Source: Octopus vulgaris
Lineage: Eukaryota
DNA: 64,000 bases
Assembly: GCA_951406725.2 (NCBI GenBank)
Contig: OX597816.1
Location: 157,976,001-158,040,000 of the forward strand
Direction of reading: 5' to 3'
In this document: piece by piece, positions 25,445-38,836 of the stretch
Layout of the letters: each line of letters opens with the position of its first letter
Position numbering within the stretch: the first letter of the stretch is position 1
The notes under the pieces: model-generated
Seen by the model: only the letters and a program-made list of their open reading frames with translations
The model's database searches: none
What the model was told of the DNA's origin: nothing
Made by a program: the position numbers and the translations under genes

Positions 25445-25781
25445 CTTTACATCCTGAGTTCAAATCCCAGGTGTTACTAAGTATCTGTAATATACAATAA
25501 TCAAGTTAATCAACCGTGTACATTAGTCCATGTCCAATGTTAGAAATCAATAATGATACAATATATATATATTATTAATATATATATATATATATATTAT
25601 TAATATATGTATTAAGTTAAAAATCACTATTATTATTATTATTATTATTATTATTTCAATATTAATTGCCATTAATGCTATTAATGCTCTCGTTCCAGCA
25701 GCTTGGGATACAAACTACTTACTGTATTTATGTGTAACAACAATAAACTGAATTTAAAAGTAACCTGGAAACAATTGTGTT

Positions 25782-25782
<1 letters not shown>

Positions 25783-25819
<37 letters not shown>

Positions 25820-26010
25820 TCTGTGTATGTGCTTATGTGCATGTGTGTGTGTGCATGTATGTGTACTTATGCATGTCCATGTGTGTATGGTGTGATGTGT
25901 ATGTGTGTGCACATATGTATGTGTTTATATGCATGTCTATGTGTGTGTGTATGTTTGTTTATGCATGCATGTGTGTGGTGTGGTGTGTGTGTGTATGCAT
26001 GTGTGTATAC
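25783..26010. repeat. Degenerate (TG)n/(TATG)n microsatellite
   Basis: Seen directly. Explains the CVCV ORFs. Confidence 0.95.
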
Positions 26011-26121
26011 GTTGTGCTCATGAGTGTGTTTCACAAATACTAGGCATCCACTTCTGAGCCAGAAACTACTCCTTCTTTGATCAGTTTCTCATCCCCTATA
26101 AAACTCAAGTATGACTCATAT

Positions 26122-26397
26122 TGGAGGTGCAATGGCCCAGTGGTTAGGGTAGTGGACTTGCGGGCGGAGGATCACGGTTTCGATTCCCAGACCAGGCATT
26201 GTGTATGTTTATTGAGCATAAATACCTAAAGCACCATGAGGCTCCGGCAGGGGTTGGTGGCGACCCCTATTGTATTCTTTCACCCCAACTTTCTCTCACT
26301 CTTTCTTCCTGTTTCTTGAGTAATGCTGCAATGGACTGGCATCCTGTCTAGATGGGGGGAGCACATACGCCATAGAAACCAGGAAACCGGGCCCGTA
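26122..26397 (+). mobile_element. SINE family C
   Basis: Head tggaggtgcaatggcccagtggttaggg...ggtttcgattcccagacc. Imperfect flanking repeat gactcatattggag / gactcacattggag. Confidence 0.85.
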
Positions 26398-26670
26398 AAA
26401 AATAAAACGACTCACATTGGAGTATTGCTCTCACATCCAGAATGATGCTACAGCTGCAAACAAACGTCATACTACTACAACCATTTCTGTTCCTTAAAAT
26501 TAGCACCTACATAACCCCAGCACCCAACAAACCCATCATTCCAGTGCTCCTCATCCCTACTGCATCTCATCTCCTTCCAGCTCATGCTAAATGAAACCCA
26601 TTCCTTCTCCCTTAGATCTGCATCCCACTGAAATTTCTTTTCCTCCTACATTTTTCCTCCATACATAAAC

Positions 26671-26898
26671 TTAAACCCATTTGCTTTTAAACTGGCCACA
26701 TCTGACCAAAATATTCTTCTAACTTTATGTTAAAAAATGGTCAGATCCAGCCTTTCACACCTGTCCTACACTGTCATTCAAATAAACAACCACATTATCA
26801 AAATCTCAAAGCTACAAGATGATAAGTGAATAGTTGAAAATAATGTGCCTAAATATAGTATTACATTTGACAGAGTAATCTGAAAGCTAATGGGTTAA
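26671..26898. mobile_element. Second TTAA-flanked MITE family (siblings at 27257-27480 and about 52560-52780)
   Basis: ttaa(a)ccc...gggttaa ends and a shared internal sequence aaaatctcaaagctacaagat...attacatttgacagag. Confidence 0.65.
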
Positions 26899-28469
26899 TT
26901 CACTGTAATAGTTTACCAAAGTTATTAAAATTCATGCAATTACTTACTAAATATTCATGACCTTATATTAAAGCCTAAGTGGTAGCAGAGAAATTTGGTC
27001 AGACAAGCAGTGGGTTGCAGACAGAATTAATATGGCACTTGACATAATGACATCAGAGTAACAAAACAGGAAGTTACACAGGGCAAAATAACAAGCTTAG
27101 CCCCAGAACGATATCTTTTTTATCTCAGTACAAAATCTATTTTTACAAATGATGAAAGGGTGTAATAAACCTGGTTATTACTGATATCAAAACCCAGTCA
27201 ACCAAACTGAAAGGATGTTATGCCAAATTATCAGTGATAATATCAAGTTTCCATCCTTAACCTTTTAGCATTTAATCTGGTCAAATCCAGCCAAAATAGT
27301 CTACTTGTTTTATGTTCAAACTGGCCAGATCTTGCCTATCATACCTACCCGACAATATCATTCTAAAAATAAACAATTACATCTTTGAAATCTTGACGCT
27401 AGGAGATAATGCATGATTAACTGAAAACTGAATAAATAAGCAATACATTTCACAGAGTGACCTAAATGTCATAGGGTTAAACATATATATATACACAAAC
27501 ATACATGAGAGGGAAAGTAAGAGAGAGAGAGAGGTTTGTGTGTGTGTGTAATTTGTATAGTGGTTTATGTCCGACAGATGTGAAAAGAATCCTCAACACC
27601 TGTTATACAGGATTTTTTTTTGTTTTTATTTTATACTGAAACTGAAAGTTTGTCTTGTGGCTCAATTTTCATCCTAGAAGCTGAAACTCAAATTGCAAGA
27701 CAAACTTCGCTTCAGTTTCAATAAAACACACACACACATATTATTCAATATCATTAATATTTTCCCCCATGCTTTGAGTTCCTGAGATGACACACACATT
27801 ACTTACAAAAGAGAGAGAGACAGAGGAGTGTGTGTGTATGTATGTAGATATAAGAGGGAGAAGGAAGAGAGAATGAATGGAAATAAATGAAGGCTATTCA
27901 TGAACAAAATGCAACAGCACCCATAGAGAGAGAGAGACAAGATGAATGAAGAAACCAATGAGAAAGACAGTAAATATGAAGCCCAAATAGTTATCTCCTC
28001 AATCATCAAGTCATTTAAAAAATGGTGAAGATGAAATAACCAAATGGAGTTCAAATCCGGTGTAGTTGTTCCATTTTGTTCCTGGGCAGGACACGTCATC
28101 CTACTCAGATTGCTTTACTGTTAAGATTAGGAAAACTGACTCCAAGTTGATGTCCTACTCACACCTCTTAAGGTTCAAGGTTTTGGCTTGAAATGTGTTC
28201 TAAGCCCCACTGTTTAAACTTCAGTTTCATCTTATCTGCCTCATCTACTTTGTAAGATGAAACTGAAGCCTGAACAAAAGCCATTAAAAAACACAGAGCC
28301 TTAGAAATGTAGCATAGCTAGAAATAGCAGCTGAATTTCTCTCAAATTACACTATTTTCAAAAAAATGAAAAATGCGTTTGAAAATATCTATAATAATAT
28401 TAATATATATATATATATATTTATTTATTTAAAGTATATTAAAATCATAGTGAACTGTAATTTCGTCAT

Positions 28470-29205
28470 TTAATAATAATAACAATGAAATCATCTTGTA
28501 TAGTGCTCAGGTGCACTACAATTCATCAAAGGTACATGTACAGTACATAGAATTATGTACAAAAGTCAAGAAAGCGAACAGTGTATGAGTCATGATATAC
28601 ATGTGTGCATGCGTATGAAGTGGGGGATATCAGGTGTAGTGTTGGAGAATTTCAGGAACTATGGAAGTTTTAAAGGATGTAATGTCTCGGCAGCTAACAA
28701 CTGATGCAGGTAGTTTGTTCCATGTTTCAGCAACTCTGAGTGTGAAAAAATGTTTCTGAAAGTCATGGGAGCTGTGCTATTTTCTGACTTTGTAGGCATG
28801 CCCATGTGTGTTAGACACATGGAGCTCAAAAAGGTGCTCAAGGTGGTTGTTGGCACGGTGGTTAATAATTTTGTGGGTGTTTACTAAGTCAGTTGCCAGA
28901 TGTCGGAGCTTCAGTTTATCTATACCCAAGGAAGCAAAGCATTTAGAGTATGGTAGATGCCTGATATCTTGCCTGGGATCATGTCAGTAGGGTGGAATGA
29001 GACTTATTGGAACCTAATATTTTTCACAGGCAGTGCTTTGTCAGTGACAGTCATACTCATGAACAAGTTGACAGCTGTCATATATGTGTATCTTTATTTG
29101 TCCAGGGAAGCAAGGCATTCAGAGTATGGTAGATGCCTGATGGAGGGTATTCGCTTGATTACACATCTCTGAACAGTTTCCAGGAGGTCAATGTCTTGAG
29201 TAAAG
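28470..29205 (-). mobile_element. CR1-clade LINE 3' end
   Basis: Minus translation DLLETVQR...HLPYSKCFASLGIDKLKLRHLATDL...THGHAYKV...FFTLRVAETWNKLPASVV, then a 3' UTR and (TTA)n tail. Confidence 0.85.
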
Positions 29206-31219
29206 AAATAAAGATGGGAAACTGAAATGACCATTGGATAAGGACTGATCTGGAGGAATTGGTCCTTAAACACTGCTTAGCTAAAACCCTGACCCTTAAA
29301 AACATCTAGAATCTCAAAAGTTATTTTTATATGTTAACGAGTTAAATCAATAGTTACTACAGACTGTACATATATCCACAGCATCAGAAGCCTGACTAGT
29401 AACGAATATTTAATCTGTATCCTCTTGAGCCAAAACCAAGAAAACATATATCTCTGGAGTCAGTCTTAATGGGTTGCAAAACAGGAAGGGAACCATTGGC
29501 ATAACAGAATAACAAATACTTGCTTTAAACACCAATTAACCAGTCATTAGCGCTCCACAATAACTTCTATGTAGCGTTTATTCAAAGAAAGGAAGATAGA
29601 AGGAAGTTGGATTGTTGACATGGAGGGAAGGAGAGAAATTGATCAATAGATAGATAAATAGGTAGGTAGATAGACAATAGATAGAAAGACAAAAACAAGA
29701 AGATAGATATAGAGAGAATGTGTAAAATACAGACAGAAAGAGAGAAGGAAATTAAAGTAAAACACTTACTTAAACTCAATCTTGTGCTGCATGTGATATT
29801 GTCAGTAACAAAGTAAAAGTACTTGAGCTGAGTTAAGTAGCCCACTCCTCATACGTCCTCAAAAGTTTTAAACTACATCACAATGACCATCATCACCATC
29901 ATCAACTTCCAACAGTACTATATTTACTTTAGTTACTTGTTATTTCCTGGACAAACCCACTGTCCCACTATCATTAAAAACTAAACTGGAACAAAGCAGA
30001 GTTGTCCGACCCAGTCATTTGTAAGAAGCCAATAGGATGAGTTGAATGTTAAACTTAGTGAGTAAAAAAAGTCAAGCTTATTTATGCTAGTTTATTCCAT
30101 TATACTCCTGTGTCATCTCCTTGACTTCCTGCAAAAAAATGTAGCCAAATTTCCTGAAAATCATAGTTTAACCATCATAGAAATAATGGTAATGAGTTGG
30201 CAGAGTCATTAGAGCATCAGACAGAATGCTTTGTATTATTTATTCTGATTCTCTCTGCTTTAAGTTCAAATCCTAATGAGGTCAAGTTTAACTTTCATCC
30301 TTTCAGGATCAAAACAAAAGTACCAGTTCAGGGCAGTTGATTGGCAGAAGCATAAGAATTTTGAACTAGATGCCTGACTGTATTTGTTCAGGTTCTGTAT
30401 TTGAAGTTCAAATGTCAACTTCACCTTTCAACTTTTTTTTTCTTCTTGGTGTGAGGGAGGGAGGGCCAATAAAAAAAATATCAATGCAGGGACATGTAGT
30501 GGTGGAACCATAGGAAAGTCAGACCAGATGACTTGTGGTATTTGTTCCAGCTCCTAGTATTCTGACTTCAAATCCTGCCATGACCAACTTGACTGGTAAA
30601 CTAAATACACGGCCCAGTTTAACACGATCCTCTGACATCTTGAGTGCCTTTAGTGGAGTCTGGTTTGTTGTAAGCATTCAGGCAGACTCCAAGTTTGAGA
30701 GTATCTTCCATCTGCCCGCCCCCCAGTAAATGGCTATGAGCCCTGCCTTCTTTCATCCTGACTAAACGATTAAAAATAGTAAAATAAAAGAAAGTACTTT
30801 GGATAAAAATAGTCTTAAATACATCATGTCTGCAAAAAACTATGAGATGATCATGGCTGGATTGACGTCTGCTCAATTAGACCTCACCTAGGGTTAAGCT
30901 GCAGGAGCATCTTGTCAACAGCTAACACTGGCAGTTATCAAATTTACATCACATCCCTCAATGAAGTCAAATCTCCTTCAAAATACACCATGCCCTATTA
31001 AAAAGGGAAGGATTCACTGCATAATGTAGTCCTAGATATACAGAAATAATGAAAGGTTATGGTTTAAATACTTAGCATATATCTGCTCAATCAGACCTGA
31101 TATGGGGCTATAATACAACAAAACCATTTTTAGTGCCTTCCAAAAGAAATGTATTGAGATAATATTTAACATTATACTTTATAGGAAGAAGAATCCTAAA
31201 ATGAGCCCACTTTTCTTAA

Positions 31220-31478
31220 CCCTTTCGTTACCAACCCGGCTGAAACCGGCTCTGGCTCTGAGTACAAATGTTTTGTTTCCATAAGTTTTGAAGTAAAATC
31301 TTAGTCACAATTTATGTTCCTAACACTAGCTGAATGATAACTAAGTTATTTTATATATCTTTGTTATATTCAAAGTAATTGAAAGAAACAGAGAAGCTCA
31401 CCAGAAATATGATTTTTTTTTTAAAAAAAGGTTAAAATATACACAGAGCATCTCAAAATAAATACAGTAATGAAAGGG
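31220..31478. mobile_element. piggyBac-like MITE, same family as 13384
   Basis: ttaa|ccctttcgttacc ... gtaatgaaaggg|ttaa. Confidence 0.85.
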
Positions 31479-34400
31479 TTAAACATCAAAATTGAAGATA
31501 TCTTCACAAAATTTGAGAATTTAAATATTTCCAGCAGTCTCCTCTGAATGATTGCTCCCAAAACAAACACATGTATTAGGAGAAATATCAAGTTTCTTGA
31601 TGCAATTTCAGTAATGAAATATTTAATACCTAATTATTTTTAATTTAAGCACAAAACCAACAATTTTGAAGAAAGGTGGTTAGCTGATACCCTTAACCCC
31701 AGCACTTGATACACAATTTATTTTATTGACCCTCCCCGCCATCCAAAGGATGAAAGCCAAAGTTGGCCTCAGCCAGATTTGAACACAGAAAGCAATTAAA
31801 ACAGCAAAGTCTTTCTTTGCTGATACTCTAACAATTCTGCCACCACCTAATTAACAGTTGACTCTAAAAATCCCAATAACACTGTTATAAAGAACTGTTT
31901 TCATATCCGGGATGATACACCCTTGATTATTGGCACTGGAACAACAATCAGAATAAAGGTGTATGCTTGATCAATAAATCCCTTTCTTAATCTCTTGCTA
32001 AAATCATTCGAAATGATGGACCATTTTCATGTTGTATTCAGAGTCTCTTTCTCTCTCCCTCACTTCCTCCAAATTATCTCTACACCATCTCCATTCATAC
32101 TAACATGTTGCATTTGTCTCTCTATTTCTTGTAATAAATACTTTGTTGGTAGTGATGGTATTGGTGATCCTAATTGCAGTGATGGTGGTAGAACTAATTA
32201 TGGCTAATGCTTTCCAGGAATAGTTTTATGGAACTACTCAAATCAAAAAAGAGGAGGGGTGGACAAAAAGAGAGGAAAAAGAGCAAGAGAGAGTGATATT
32301 TTCCATTTAAAATCTAAGTTGTCAATATTTCTGACTATTTACATTCTGTGTAGTTTGACATTTCTAAAGTTTATGGACTAATGAAATTAGACAGTTCTGA
32401 GGGGAGGTCACTAAAATGCAGATAAAACACTGACCATAGATTGATATAAAGGGGGACACAAGAATAAAGAGATGAAAACTGGGTCCAATTGTGTGTGTGT
32501 ATGTGTGTGTGTGTGTGTGTGAGTTTTGGTACACACTTATGTATGTGCATATGTGTATAAAACATTTCTCTATGTGTAGATGTGTATGAGCCCAAGCACA
32601 TGTACACATGTATATACATTTGTGCATACAGATTCATGTACACATTTATGCACGTGCAAGTATGTGTGTGTCTATATGTATACATTTGAATAACTGTAAC
32701 TAGGTGTGTATATCAATATAATGATTTACATATATATAATAGGTAGGTAGATTAGGTCACTTAGCGGTTCGGCAAAAGAGACCAATAGAATAAGTACTGG
32801 GCTAACAAAGAATAAGTCCCGGGGTCGATTTGCTCAACTAAAGGCAGTGTTCCAGCATGGCCGCAGTCAAATGACTGAAACAAGTAAAAGAGTAAAAGAG
32901 AGTAAAGATATATATTTTCACACACACACACATGTAGACATGCACACACAGATAAAATATGTAAGTAGATACAAACACATACCATCATCATTATCATTTA
33001 ACTTCTTCTGATGATGATATAGATGTGTTTGTATCTATATGTGTGTGTACTTATATATGTATGAATCAATATAGGCGTATGAATATGTATGTGTGTACAT
33101 GATTGTCTCAGGAGAAAAGATTGCTATGAGCTGATTGTGGCTGTGTGGTTACAGCCACAGAGTTCCAAATTCAATTCTCCAATGTAGCATCTTGGGAAAT
33201 GGCTTCTACCACAGCCTCAAATACACATTTGGCAGACAGAAACCACACAAAATTCTGTCTCATATACAGATATAGGTATATTTATACATGTATGTGTAAA
33301 TCTTTCAAATGATAAATCAGTGAAAGGTATTGAGAGCACAGAAAAACTGGTGCTTATGAACAAAAAAAAACAACAAAACCTTGTACAGTATATGTCCAAC
33401 CAGATTTACACAAATGTAGTGAGTCGCATTTGCATATAGGTCTTTTTAAGAAGCTTAAATGGTGAGAAAAAGAAACTTATTTTCAAACTTCTCAATACTT
33501 CAAACAAAACCAAAACAGATATATTCACTTCTTGCTTATACAGATAAAAAGCTTCTAATTAGATGAATGAAAGTTGTCAAAGTCACCTCGGTGAAGTGTC
33601 TTATCACAACTGTCTGGCTTACAGAAAACACAGTGATTCTGTCCTTTTTTTCCCAGCTAATGGATATACTTGTCCAATATCTGATGAGATATTTATCCAT
33701 AGCTTGATTTGCATGTGAGATTGTTAAAAAAAAAGATTAATTTTCAAATATCTCAATGTCTCGAGCAAAACCAAAACACCCACATATATATATATATACA
33801 TAAATATGTATGAATGCATGTGTGTATGTATGTATATGTGTGTGTGTGTGTGTACATATATACATTTGTGCTAACACATGAAACTCTTAGACCTTGACTC
33901 ACTTTGTTGCTTTTGCTAAATATCAATAAAAGTATACATACACTCATTTTTTGAGGTCCTACTTTTTCTGTTTGTATCAACATACCTATATATATATATA
34001 TATATACATACACACACACACACGTATATATACATGCATATGTACATGTATAAATTTGTACATATATGTGTATCTACAAGCATATATTCATGTATACATA
34101 CACACAGACATACATACAACGGGCTTCTTTCAGTTTCTATCAACAAAATCCATTCACAAAGCTTTAGTCAGCCTGAAGCCACAGGTGCCAAAGGTGCTGT
34201 GCAGCAGGACTGAACTTGAAACCACATGGTTGGGAAAAAAGCTTCTTAACCACACCTTCATACGTCTTCCTATCTCAACACAAGTGACCCAAGGACATGA
34301 AACACCCAGCCCTTGAGTCTATGGTACACTTGAGTCACTTCAGTAACTTTTAAGCCAATTAATATGTATGAAGATGTGTGTGTGGGTGCGTGTGAGAGAG

Positions 34401-34506
34401 AAAGTATTCATACATACATACATACATATATACACACACACACACACACTCCATCACATACACTTCATCATACATATATATATATATATATACACATATA
34501 TATATA

Positions 34507-34669
34507 GGCGCAGGAGTGGCTGTGTGGTAAGTAGCTTGTTTACCAACTACATGGTTCCGGGTTCAGTGCCACAGCGTGGCACCTTGGGCAAGTGTCTTCT
34601 ACTATAGCCTCGGGCTGACCAAAGCCTTGTGAGTGGATTTGGTAGACGGAAACTGAAAGAAGCCTGTCG

Positions 34670-34710
<41 letters not shown>

Positions 34711-34934
34711 GTGTGTGTGTGTTTGTGTGTCTGTGTTTGTGCCCCACAACATCGCTTGACAACCGATGTTGGTGTGTTTATGTCCCCGTTACTTAGCGGT
34801 TCGGCAAAAGAGACCGATAGAATAAGTACTGGGCTTACAAAAGAATAAGTCCCGGGGTTGAGTTGCTCGATTAAAGGCGGTGCTCCAGCATGGCCGCAGT
34901 CAGATGACTGAAACAAGTAAAAGAGTAAAAGAGT
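34507..34934 (+). mobile_element. SINE family A, full length, young
   Basis: Complete head, microsatellite core and aagagtaaaagagt tail. An inverted partial copy lies at about 34100-34260. Confidence 0.9.
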
Positions 34935-35094
34935 ATATATATATATATCTTGGAGTAATGGTGCTAAGCAGTGTTTATGTATAATCATAATTTAGGTTAA
35001 TTGAAATATGTTTGTCACATACACTGCAGTTACTGTGGAGAAAAAAATCTTTCTTATGGTAAAAAGGTGTGAAAACACCCAGTTCATTCAGTGT

Positions 35095-35469
35095 TGTGCT
35101 CTCCCAGAAATCTCAGACTTCGGTGCTTCTACAATGGCGCTAAAGGTGGTTCGGTCATGCAGCCCGGTGTCCAGAGGGTGAGCTGATTCGTGATGTCCTC
35201 CTCCCACTTCCACTTCCCAGCTGGCACAAACGCAAGGGCGGGCAGCTGAAGACCTGGGTAAGGATGACAAATGTGGATCTCTCCGAACTCTCAGGCCCGC
35301 AGGTGGTCGGTCTGTGCAGATGGAACCGCAAATGGCTCACTATCTCCAGTGACCTCACACAGGATCGTCGAGCGTGGGCCGCCATGGTTCGTGATGCCGT
35401 CAGGAACAGAGAAGAAGCCGGCTCAAACCGCCCTGGGTGAACGCCGTCATAAGTACAAGTAAGTACAAG
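35095..35469 (+). mobile_element. 5'-truncated RTE-clade LINE (3' end)
   Basis: GC/CpG-rich island translating to R*RWFGHAARCPEGELIRDVLLP...KRKGGQLKTW...DRRAWAAMVRDAV...NRPG* (TGA at 35438-35440), followed by a tandem (caagta)-type tail. Confidence 0.85.
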
Positions 35470-36514
35470 ACATCGATGTTTCAAGTTTATTGATTCTTGT
35501 CGATGAGATGTACCGAAGAGATAATTACATATCCAACACAGATAGGTCAACACAGGACATAACAAACAGTGTGTTTATGAGTTCGTTTTTAAAGGGGTTT
35601 TAAAAATATGATGAAGAATATAATATTTTTAAAATTTACAAGTTTACACATGGCTGTAAAGCCCAACGGCTACACCATACTTTTTTTACCCTGGATGAGA
35701 TTAAGTAGGGTCATTCACACGCAACTTCCTTGCCACATCCTTCCATCTTTTCCCAAATATACTTCATGACATGTGTCTCCTCTCCAGCCCTATCTTGCTC
35801 TTCGGATGATTATCAGTTTCTTTGTTTGGTACCTTTTCCATTTTTGGGAAATCCTCCTGAGACAGTAAGTTGTACTCCATAAGAAAATTTCAAAGAAAAT
35901 AAATTCCTTCAAAAGGAATATACAAATTGACAAAAATATTTTTGCCCAAAATAATGACAAAAAAATAATTGTTGCCAAATAATTTAACACAAATAATATA
36001 TTTTAACCCTGCAAAGGGTAAAAAAAATCAAAGAGTTCAAATCACAAGTTCAAATAGCAGTTGTTTCCAACAATATCAAAAATTTCACAGGGCAATCAAT
36101 AGATAGATAGATCGATAGATAAACTGATAGATAAACTGATAGATAGACAGATAGATATCATTATCACACACATCATGATGATGTGTGTGTGTGTGTTATA
36201 CTTACATGTATACACACACACAAGCATGTCATAAAACTGTATGCCCTCAGCTCATTACAGAGGAGGGAATACAGGAACAATAGTACAACATTGGTAGTTC
36301 AGATTAAGACAAGTGTCTTAATCTGTGGAGTTAAATATCAGATATAGGAAACAGGTTATAAAGTAGATGGTCTGTGGTGGAATTAATTTGTAGATAAAAC
36401 CTTGGTCCAGGAAGCATAAAAATAGAACATAAAAGTTGGGGAATGAATATATTCATGGCTTTGCACAACTAGGTTAATTAGCATTACTAAACAGGGTAAA
36501 TAGTGGTGGTGGTG

Positions 36515-36582
36515 GTGGTGGGAGAGGTGGTGATGGTGGGAGAGGTGGTGATGGTGGGAGAGGTGGTGATGGTGGGAGAGGT
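36515..36582. repeat. 18-bp minisatellite (gtggtgatggtgggagag) in a GGT/GAT low-complexity tract
   Basis: About 4 tandem copies. The low-complexity tract continues to about 36790. Confidence 0.9.
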
Positions 36583-37112
36583 CACGGTGGCTATATTGTT
36601 GTTGTTGTTGGAGGTGGTGGTGATGTTAGTGGCTCAAATAATAGTGTTATTAATGATGATGATGGTACTGTTACTGGTGGTGCTAGCAGCTATAGCAATG
36701 ATAGTGATGGTTGCAGTGGTGGTGATGATGATGTTGAGACTGATGGCAGTGTTGGTATTGGTGACTATGGTATGGTTAGGTTAGTGGTAGCATGGGCCAA
36801 GAGTTTCATAGAAGAAGGGAAGGAAAACAAGAGCAGCAGAGTCAGAAAGAGGAAAAATAATTGACCATTTCCTTGGTAACAAGATCTCTCAGTAAGTTAC
36901 TTATTCACTGAAGCTGACATACAAGGTGTTGTGGGTAGACAGGTGTGTGTGTGTGTGTGTAGTGGCCAATTAACCACATTTGAGATGTATATATATATAC
37001 ACACATTCACAAATATAAGTACATACACACACACACACACACAGATAGCCAAATATATAGTGTATGTTTGCAAGTATATATATATACACACACACACACA
37101 CACAAACACTTG

Positions 37113-37974
37113 TGGTGCAGTGAATATATTGTCATCTAAATTACGCAAAAATGGAAATAACACTGACATCTCATTTTAACAGATATATTTATCAAAATTA
37201 CATAAAGATATCTTAAAATACTAAAGAGTAAATTTATTCAATAGAATCACCATCGGCCTTAACCACAGCCTCCAAATGACTTTGGAATCTACTGCAACTT
37301 TTCTGGACAATCTCCTTGTTTAAGTTGGTGAATGCTGCCATAATCCTTGGCTTCAGTTCATCTATGGTGCTACAAGGAGTTTTGTTGGTCTCTTGCTCAA
37401 CTGTGCCCCACACATAATAATTAAAGGGGTTGCAGTTTGGCGAGTTAGGTGGCCAGATGTTAGAGGTGATGTGGTCACAGAATTTGCCATGACTGGGTTC
37501 CCCTGCTTGTGTGGCATGGTGCAGAGTCCTGTTGCCAGATATAGGGTCTTCCAGCAGCCACCCTCTTAACCCAGGACAGCACTACCTCTCCCAGGCACTT
37601 GATGTAGACCTCCATGTTGAGTCTGAGGCCATGTGGGACGATGAATGGAGATATAATGTCGCCATCACTAGTGATCACTCCAAAAACCATGATGTTGACT
37701 GAATGTTTAATTTTTATCACTCCTGGCACATATCCTCAGATTGACACTCAAACACTCTGAAATGTTCGTATTGGAGCTTCCGACACAAATGCCAAGCAGT
37801 ACAGCATATTTTCCAAATTTCTGGCTGATTAAATTGCGTCATGGTGCTATTTTTCTCACAGACAGTGCCCGCCTGACCCCACTATACTGTGTAGTTGACA
37901 AAATCAAAAACAAACCATGTGCAAGTGTGAAATTAAAATCATAAAATGGTGACAATTTACCCATCGCACCTTGT
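37113..37974 (-). mobile_element. Internally deleted Tc1/mariner element, DD37D (maT)-like transposase relic
   Basis: IMVFGVITSDG...YIWQQDSAPCHTS...[frameshift]IWPPNSPNCNPFNYYVWGTVEQETN...LEAVVKADGDSIE* (stop at 37236-37234). Degenerate TIRs ggtgc..tg..ta.attgtca at both ends. Confidence 0.85.
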
Positions 37975-38063
37975 ATATAACAACACATACATATACACTC
38001 ACAAGGACACACAAATTTTTACTACTGATAGACTTGGTCTTTGTGTGCTTACAGAAGCCTTAA

Positions 38064-38284
38064 CCCTTCCATTACCATATTTATTTTGAGATGCTTTGTA
38101 ATTCTCTCAATTATTTTAGATGTAACAAAGAATTTAGTAAAATAACTTCGTTATCATTAAGCTCATGTTAGGAATATAAATTGTGACTAAGGTTTGGTGG
38201 AAGATTTTAATTCAAAATTTATGAAAACAAGACATTTGTACTACAGAGCCAGAGCCGGTTTCAGCCGGTTTGGTATTGAAAGGG
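38064..38284. mobile_element. piggyBac-like MITE
   Basis: ttaa|cccttccattacc ... ggtattgaaaggg|ttaa. Another copy at about 53603-53813. Confidence 0.85.
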
Positions 38285-38836
38285 TTAAAATATCTATCAA
38301 TTGCTAATATGAAGATAGAAATACAAACACACATGCACATGCGCATATAGAATCAGCTAGGTAATCTACCAGTATATAACATTTTATAAGTTTATCTAGA
38401 AACAAATGGAAACTTTTGTGAAATTTTCAATATCATCATCATAATGAAAACCAACTCTACACACACACACACACACACACACATTACCACCACCACTTTT
38501 CAGAAACATTTTCTGTTTTATTAATAAAGATGTACGTCATAATATCAAACATTTAGCATTTATGATATTAAATGATCTACATCAGACCACTTCTAGTTCT
38601 ATGAAACAATACTCCCAGTTTAAAGTGTTCTTGGCAAAATTTAAACTTCCTATTGTAATTGTGTGCATGCATATGTGTGAGAGAGAGAGAGAGAGAGAGA
38701 GTAAACCATCCTCTATTCACATGGAAGAAACTATGCTTCCATTGTTTTTCCCTTTTCTCTACTTCTGATGTTATCTGTCACAAGAACCAAGCAGAAATAT
38801 AATCACCACCACCCCCAGTGACCGAAGAATACACAA

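Noticed and set aside
25703-26043. Cys/Val-rich ORFs resembling metallothionein or membrane proteins
   Set aside because: They are translations of (TG)n microsatellite. The same applies to ORFs near 32364, 33753, 50137 and 53788.
26122-26195. tRNA-like cloverleaf
   Set aside because: It is the head of a SINE continuing into the family C body, with no closed acceptor stem.
35088-35565. GC-rich island as a host exon or promoter (ORFs 35088-35270, 35155-35565, 35271-35462)
   Set aside because: The meaningful frame is a + strand RTE LINE C-terminus. The listed ORFs are off-frame or antisense.
36503-36784. Hydrophobic ORF resembling a multi-pass membrane protein
   Set aside because: It is a GGT/GAT low-complexity repeat with no splice or homology support.
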